DNA from: a virus
Taxonomy: Duplodnaviria; Heunggongvirae; Uroviricota; Caudoviricetes
DNA: 64,000 bases
Reading direction: 5' to 3' (one strand)
Virus record (IMG/VR): IMGVR_UViG_3300001199_000002
Location: 48,062 to 112,061 of that record
Shown here: positions 58,859 to 64,000 of the stretch, piece by piece
Layout of the letters: every line of letters starts with the position of its first letter
How positions within the stretch are numbered: the stretch's first letter is position 1
Notes under the pieces: generated by a model
The model's database searches: none
Told to the model about the DNA's origin: nothing
What the model saw: the letters and a program-made list of their open reading frames with translations, nothing else
Program-made: the position numbers and the translations under genes

Positions 58859-59571
58859 ATAGACCACTGGTTAGTATTTGCGTTCCTACGTATCACGCTA
58901 ATGGTCAGCAGGAACGAATCCTCAAGCGACTTGTAAAATCAGTTAGAGAACAGGTCTATCCCAATATCGAGTTGGTGATTAGCGATCAGGACGCCGCGCC
59001 CGAAAAAGGCCAGTCTCTTCATGAGTTTATGGACGGCAAGGTTCGCGTCAAGTATCTAGCTTTTGAGGACGAAAGCGGCATCTCGGCACATAATACCAAC
59101 AACGCTATCCTAAATGCCTCTGGTGAGCTAATCCACATCTTAAACCACGACGACTTTTATTATCACGAGAACGCCTTGCGCGATATGGTTGCCCAGTTAG
59201 AGGCGCAGAAGCGTAGTTGGCTCGCAGCAGCCTGCCTGCATACAGACGCTAACGAGACCAAGCTGGAGCGCGTCCATAGCCCTTCCTGGCCTGGGGAGCA
59301 TGCTTTGGTGGAGGGTGTCAATCGGATTGGGTGTCCTTCAGTTGTGCTGTACCGCCGGGAGTTGAACTTGCGATGCAGCGAACAGATCACTTACGCGATG
59401 GATTGCGATCTTTGGATCCAAGCGTTTAGAGCCGGTGGCGAACCGGCAATTCTTCCCAGTGTGGCGGTAGTTATCCGCATGTGGGACCAGCAGTTCACTG
59501 CTCAGATGAACTCTGCAAGACAGTTAGAATTAGACAAGATTGCCCTAAGAGCCAAATATGGATACAAGTAA
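58855..59571 (+). CDS. GT2 glycosyltransferase
   Basis: GTGA overlap; PLVSICVPTY, LVISDQ, NTNNAILNASGELIHILNHDD, MDCDLW. Confidence 0.88.
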   Translation: MNRPLVSICVPTYHANGQQERILKRLVKSVREQVYPNIELVISDQDAAPEKGQSLHEFMDGKVRVKYLAFEDESGISAHNTNNAILNASGELIHILNHDDFYYHENALRDMVAQLEAQKRSWLAAACLHTDANETKLERVHSPSWPGEHALVEGVNRIGCPSVVLYRRELNLRCSEQITYAMDCDLWIQAFRAGGEPAILPSVAVVIRMWDQQFTAQMNSARQLELDKIALRAKYGYK

Positions 59572-59595
59572 CACTTTGAACAAAGGAGAAGAGTA

Positions 59596-59817
59596 ATGAA
59601 GCACCAGTATAAAAACATGAAGCTACTTCGTAGTGGAGACTTCCATATTCCAGTAGATCCTGGATATGGAGTGTTAATTGAAGGCGACGATGATTTTGTT
59701 GCTCTTATTTTAACACAAGAAAATCTAAAGGCATTAAGAGCAGCGCTCGACCCTTCAACTTGTGATATCGCGATTCAAATTGAGCAAGTAGCTAATGCTT
59801 ATATGGCAGATCAATGA
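59596..59817 (+). CDS. Hypothetical protein
   Basis: RBS AAGGAG; 73 aa. Confidence 0.6.
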   Translation: MKHQYKNMKLLRSGDFHIPVDPGYGVLIEGDDDFVALILTQENLKALRAALDPSTCDIAIQIEQVANAYMADQ

Positions 59818-59929
59818 GATTAGGTCAAAACTTAGGGATGGTATTCCTGGTACTGTAATTGCAAACCAACTTGGTATCGCAAAACAGACTGTTAACGCAA
59901 TCAAACTAGGACATATATGGAGCGAATAA
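59795..59929 (+). pseudogene. 44-codon HTH fragment resembling the C-terminus of the GIY-YIG endonuclease (not in the ORF track)
   Basis: MLIWQINEIRSKLRDGIPGTVIANQLGIAKQTVNAIKLGHIWSE; its TAA overlaps the ATG of the next gene (TAATG). Confidence 0.6.
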
Positions 59930-61062
59930 TGAATAACATACAAGTACTTAAACCTAAGTATAGAGTAGAGGAATGTCTAAAAGAGATTGAAATCTGTTTG
60001 CGCCAAGGATGGACTGGCCTGGGCTTTAAGACTACAGAGTTTGAAGAAGCCTGGAAGACCTATACTGGGTTGCCAAACGCGCACTTCGTATGCTCGGCGA
60101 CTGCCGGATTGCACTTAGCCACAAACATCTTGAAGTCCTTCTATGGCTGGAAGGACGACGACGAGGTTATCTCAACATCTCTAACCTTCATTTCGACTAA
60201 TCACGCTATCCTCTATGAGGGTCTAAAGCCGGTGTTCGCCGATGTAGATTCAGATACCCTATGTCTGGATCCTGTAGATGTCGAAAAGAAAATCACATCA
60301 AAGACAAGAGCAGTGATGTATGTAGGGCTCGGTGGTCGTTGTGGACATCTTAAGGAGATTTCAGAACTGTGCAAGAAGCACGGACTCAAGTTAATTCTTG
60401 ATGCTGCGCATATGGCTGGAACTCGCTCCTTATGGGGTCAGCATGTTGGACACGAGGCGGATGTGACCGTATTTAGTTTTCAGACTGTCAAGAACCTACC
60501 TACAGCAGATGGCGGCATGATATGCTTCAGAGACCAAGAGCTTGATGCTCGCGCACGAAAGATGAGTTGGCTTGGAATCGACAAAGATACATACGCTAGG
60601 AGTCAACAGGATGGGACGTATAAGTGGAAGTATGACGTTCCCTATCTAGGATTCAAGTATCACGGCAACTCAATTATGGCGGCACTTGGTTTGGTTGGCC
60701 TTCGCTATCTGGATGGAGACAATCATAGGCGTCGAGCGATTGCTAGCATCTATGATGAAGAGCTTTCGAGAAAGAAGCTTTGGACGCCAACAGACCTACA
60801 TTGTTCACAGCAGTCTCAGCACATCTATCAGATCGTAGTTGAAGATAGGGATAATGTTTTGAACAAGTTGAATGAGAGAGGTATCTATCCAGGCGTCCAC
60901 TACATCGACAATACCAACTACTCGATGTATAGATATGGTTACGATGATTCTCGTTTTGCACACATTGTATCGCAAAAGCTATTGTCGCTTCCAATTCATC
61001 TAGAGATGACAGATGACGATGTGAAGAGAGTGGCGCAAGCCGTAAATGAGATTACACTATGA
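59929..61062 (+). CDS. DegT/DnrJ/EryC1/StrS family NDP-sugar aminotransferase
   Basis: SATAGLHLA, PVFADVD, ILDAAHMAG, PLP-Lys motif FSFQTVKNLPTADGGM, GVHY, LSLPIH. Confidence 0.95.
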   Translation: MNNIQVLKPKYRVEECLKEIEICLRQGWTGLGFKTTEFEEAWKTYTGLPNAHFVCSATAGLHLATNILKSFYGWKDDDEVISTSLTFISTNHAILYEGLKPVFADVDSDTLCLDPVDVEKKITSKTRAVMYVGLGGRCGHLKEISELCKKHGLKLILDAAHMAGTRSLWGQHVGHEADVTVFSFQTVKNLPTADGGMICFRDQELDARARKMSWLGIDKDTYARSQQDGTYKWKYDVPYLGFKYHGNSIMAALGLVGLRYLDGDNHRRRAIASIYDEELSRKKLWTPTDLHCSQQSQHIYQIVVEDRDNVLNKLNERGIYPGVHYIDNTNYSMYRYGYDDSRFAHIVSQKLLSLPIHLEMTDDDVKRVAQAVNEITL

Positions 61063-61727
61063 AAGACAGACTTGTAGAACTTGCAGTCCAGTATGGATCA
61101 GATAAGGCACAACTTGGATACATGCCCTTGTATGAGGAACACTTCCAACGCTTTGGACTAAGTGCCGACAACGTAAGAAACATTCTAGAGATTGGCACCA
61201 ACAAGGGCTCATCTCTTCGAATCTGGGCTGAGTTCTTTCCAAATGCACAAGTTCATGGAATCGATATTACTCGTCAGTATGAGATCGCTTCTAACCTAGA
61301 TCATCCACGAATTAATACGCATCTACTGAACCAGGGATCTAAGTCTGAGCTAGAAGCATTCGTAGATCATGTTGTCAAAGACACAAAGTTCGATATCATC
61401 ATTGATGACGGATCGCATGATCAGTATGATCAGCAGCTATCACTTAGTATGCTATTTGGGAGCCTAAGAAATGGTGGTCTCTATGTTGTTGAAGACATTA
61501 TTACTGGTGAAAACTGGTGGGACTCAAATCTCTACAACAAACGCAGAATTCGACCAACTAGAACGATCATGCAAGAATTCGAGCAGACTGGTAGATTGCC
61601 AGAAGGTTTCTTGAACGGAAAAGAAATTGAGGCACAAACAGCATACTGCGAATATCGCGAATCTTCAGTTGTGATTTACGAACGACATCATCCGCAGATT
61701 GCATTCATAGGAAAGACATGTCGATAG
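61059..61727 (+). CDS. Class I SAM-dependent (O-)methyltransferase
   Basis: YGSDK, ILEIGTNKGSSLRIWAEFFPNAQVHGIDI, FDIIIDDGSH, GGLYVVEDI. Confidence 0.88.
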   Translation: MKDRLVELAVQYGSDKAQLGYMPLYEEHFQRFGLSADNVRNILEIGTNKGSSLRIWAEFFPNAQVHGIDITRQYEIASNLDHPRINTHLLNQGSKSELEAFVDHVVKDTKFDIIIDDGSHDQYDQQLSLSMLFGSLRNGGLYVVEDIITGENWWDSNLYNKRRIRPTRTIMQEFEQTGRLPEGFLNGKEIEAQTAYCEYRESSVVIYERHHPQIAFIGKTCR

Positions 61728-62449
61728 CAATACTATGTGGGAGACATAATGTGTCGTGGACTTTTACGCGGCACATGATGGAGAATTTTGCTTTCAACAC
61801 TGCATTTGTTGAAGTAGAAACTTCAAACGATATTCTCTCACGAGTATCCATGAATCAACAAGTTCATCTAAGTGAATATCAATCAGAGGATGAGACTGTT
61901 AGAAAGATCAAAGAATTTGGCGTTACAACGGTTGTGTTGGCTTGGTGGCCAAAGATCGTTCACAAGCTTAACAAGCTAGGCATTAACGTCATTAATACCC
62001 ATCCGAGCTACTTGCCATACAATCGTGGTAAGTATCCTTACTATTGGGCTCTAGTAGATGGTACGCCATTCGGCGCGACTATCCATAGAGTAGACGATGG
62101 TATCGATACAGGAGAAATCCTATGGCAGAAGAGAGTGCAGCTAGATCCAACAGATACTGGACAGACCGCCTACCACAAGGCTGCTGAAGCCATGGTGGAA
62201 CTTTTGCGCGAACATGCAGAGGACATAGCGCTGGGTCGTTTCCCAGTAAGCATCAAGCAAGATGGTGACAAAGCAAATCACCACTTTGCCAAAGAACTAG
62301 AAGCGCCACCGATTCAGAATAAGACAGAGATCGCATTCATCAATGATCTAAGAGCCAGAACGTTTGACAATAGCAACTCTGGTCGAAAGGTGGTAATTGA
62401 TGGAGTCACATATCGTGTTCATCTCAAACTCGTAGAGGATGGTTCATGA
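61718..62449 (+). CDS. Sugar N-formyltransferase (formyl-THF dependent)
   Basis: LAWWPKIV, INTHPSYLPYNRG, GATIHRVDDGIDTG, FINDLRARTF. Confidence 0.85.
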   Translation: MSIAILCGRHNVSWTFTRHMMENFAFNTAFVEVETSNDILSRVSMNQQVHLSEYQSEDETVRKIKEFGVTTVVLAWWPKIVHKLNKLGINVINTHPSYLPYNRGKYPYYWALVDGTPFGATIHRVDDGIDTGEILWQKRVQLDPTDTGQTAYHKAAEAMVELLREHAEDIALGRFPVSIKQDGDKANHHFAKELEAPPIQNKTEIAFINDLRARTFDNSNSGRKVVIDGVTYRVHLKLVEDGS

Positions 62450-62799
62450 AAAAGGAATGGCAACAATCAGCACACGATTGCTTTGGAGCATGTATTGCCT
62501 CTATAGTTGGAATCTCTACTAAAGACGTTCCACTCTTTGTCACCATGCCAATGACATACATCCAGCGCGCACGTCGATGGCTTCGTAGACGCGGTTTTGT
62601 TCTTTCGCAAATGAAGGATATCGATCAGCTAGATCGTAGACGTAACGCGATTGTTGCTGTAGATCCTTTCATGTATGAAGGCTTCCAACTTGCACATGCC
62701 ACCGTAGTTAGAAATAAGCGCGTAGTTCATGATCCAGCACGAAAAAATCCCAAGAAGCATTACAAGCTAATCTGTGGTTGGGAAATCAGAAAAGTATGA
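62446..62799 (+). CDS. Papain-fold (C39-like) peptidase-like protein
   Basis: QQSAHDCFGACIASIVG (Q..C), AHATVV (H), VVHDP (D). Confidence 0.5.
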   Translation: MKKEWQQSAHDCFGACIASIVGISTKDVPLFVTMPMTYIQRARRWLRRRGFVLSQMKDIDQLDRRRNAIVAVDPFMYEGFQLAHATVVRNKRVVHDPARKNPKKHYKLICGWEIRKV

Positions 62800-63182
62800 T
62801 GGATACAACTAAGTTTATCTCAGAAGAAGACCTAGATAAACACTCAGATTGGATATTCGTCTTTGGTGACAATCTAATTCGTAGGGGTTATGGTGGCGCT
62901 GCAAGATTGCGCGATCATGCTCAGTCATATGGTTTCATTACCAAGAAGTATCCAGACTGGAGAGAATCAAGCTTTTATACTCCAGAAGAATACAAGCCAG
63001 TATTTGAAGTTGAGTATGCAAAGCTGATAGCACTGATTGAAGCAAATCCAACCAAGATGTTCATCGTATCAAAGCTTGGATCCAATCTAGCAAACAAGTT
63101 TGGAATCTACGAAGCCATCATTCGCGATCGACTTCTTGAACTAAAAGAAGCATACGGTAACGTAGTGCTAATGGAAGTATGA
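62796..63182 (+). CDS. Hypothetical phage protein of the IFVFGxN..G.GGAA type
   Basis: WIFVFGDNLIRRGYGGAA...GFITKK. Confidence 0.6.
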   Translation: MMDTTKFISEEDLDKHSDWIFVFGDNLIRRGYGGAARLRDHAQSYGFITKKYPDWRESSFYTPEEYKPVFEVEYAKLIALIEANPTKMFIVSKLGSNLANKFGIYEAIIRDRLLELKEAYGNVVLMEV

Positions 63183-63481
63183 AAAAACCACTCAATCTCA
63201 CGGTAATAGACGGTGTGCTAAGAATAGAGATAGGTCTAGATGTTCTTGCGTTTGCTGCACAGTCAAAGTTAGATGATGAACATTTCTTTGCCACAAGCGG
63301 CGAAGAGGTAAAATCACCGGATCGTATTGTAGACAATGCTGGCTTTGCTAAAGCTCTCATTAGACAACTAAGCAAAGAAGGAGATATGGACGGATCGACC
63401 CCATTAACGCGACTGATTGACGATATGACCATGGAAGTTTTTGAAAGTGGCGACGAATCAATTAGCTGTTCAGATGACTAA
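63179..63481 (+). CDS. Hypothetical protein
   Basis: ATGA overlap; acidic, 100 aa. Confidence 0.65.
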   Translation: MKKPLNLTVIDGVLRIEIGLDVLAFAAQSKLDDEHFFATSGEEVKSPDRIVDNAGFAKALIRQLSKEGDMDGSTPLTRLIDDMTMEVFESGDESISCSDD

Positions 63482-63482
63482 G

Positions 63483-63536
63483 ATGAAACCAGACGAAGCA
63501 TATTGGATTGGATTTATGTTAAAGGAAGTTCGCTAA
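63483..63536 (+). pseudogene. Possible LAGLIDADG endonuclease stub (MKPDEAYWIGFMLKEVR)
   Basis: EAYWIGFM matches the lead-in of a phage LAGLIDADG first helix; the ADG is missing. Confidence 0.35.
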
Positions 63537-63538
63537 CA

Positions 63539-64000
63539 ATGTCATCTAAAAAACCAAAAGTATTACTTGCTTGCTTATTTGCCGATTTTGGACAAAATGG
63601 AAATATGCTTCCAGATTTCTCAAATGCAAGCTGGGAGTATCACAACATCTACAAGCCATGGAAGCAACTGGCGGATGAGGGTGTAGTTGATCTAGAGACC
63701 CACTGGTTCGATACGCAAAATAACAAGGATGGATTTGACAGACTCCTAGCGATTGCCAAAGATTGCGACTTCATCTTTCAGGTGGCAGTCAATCATGGAT
63801 TGTCGATCTGTAAGCCATATTGCGATACAATCCGTGCGGCAAACATTCCGATCGTAGACTACCCACCTGATGTGTGGGCGCGCTTCGATCATCACTCACC
63901 AGAGAATTGGATTGTGGGACGCTTTAAGGAAGGATATGTTTCGCACTTCCTAAGTCCTGCAAAGCACTGCATTCCTCTAATGGAACAACATGGACTACCA
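63539..64000 (+). CDS. N-terminus of a probable CgeB-like glycosyltransferase (runs off the window; not in the ORF track)
   Basis: Open 154-codon frame MSSKKPKVLLACLFADFG...EYHNIYKPWKQL...DYPPDVWARF, located in the glycosyltransferase cluster. Confidence 0.55.
   Translation, partial: MSSKKPKVLLACLFADFGQNGNMLPDFSNASWEYHNIYKPWKQLADEGVVDLETHWFDTQNNKDGFDRLLAIAKDCDFIFQVAVNHGLSICKPYCDTIRAANIPIVDYPPDVWARFDHHSPENWIVGRFKEGYVSHFLSPAKHCIPLMEQHGLP

Noticed and set aside
762-63432. Minus-strand and nested alternative-frame ORFs in the ORF track
   Set aside because: All overlap well-supported + strand genes, lack RBS and recognisable motifs, and are consistent with shadow ORFs.
1-64000. Alternative genetic code (TAG or TGA recoding)
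   Set aside because: ORFs of 1100-2200 aa are uninterrupted in the standard code, and TAA, TGA and TAG all end genes at sensible boundaries. The in-frame TAG junctions at 9681 and 43389 have their own RBS for the next gene.

Overview
A 64-kb, gene-dense segment of a large tailed dsDNA phage, with all credible genes on the + strand and many ATGA/TAATG overlaps. It is probably siphovirus-like, since no tail sheath is recognisable. The host is not identifiable. Three blocks: (1) 1-36110 virion morphogenesis: portal (5'-truncated), prohead protease with a probable nested scaffold, two paralogous decoration-type proteins, major capsid protein, neck proteins, tail tube, two paralogous chaperone-like proteins, a 2216-aa tape measure, and tail-tip proteins including a multi-LamG protein. 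(2) 36155-49001 replication/transcription: RecA, DnaB-like helicase, primase, HAD hydrolase, dNMP kinase, PD-(D/E)XK nuclease, DnaE-type polymerase, SSB, sigma-70-like factor. (3) 48998-64000 a glycan and nucleotide-metabolism cluster: at least 8 glycosyltransferase-like genes, a DegT-type sugar aminotransferase, a methyltransferase, a sugar N-formyltransferase, PRTase, IMPDH/GMPR, SLOG, cupin and MazG-like genes. The lead hypothesis is a phage-encoded virion glycosylation system. It pairs the large glycosyltransferase/formyl-amino-sugar cluster with a Ser-Gly dipeptide that is visibly enriched in tail and tip proteins but not in the tape measure or DNA polymerase. A recurrent TTTAGTGTATA(A/C) motif without a shared -35 is a candidate late promoter for the phage sigma factor. 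All family assignments come from motif recognition by eye; no database searches were run, and counts are hand counts.
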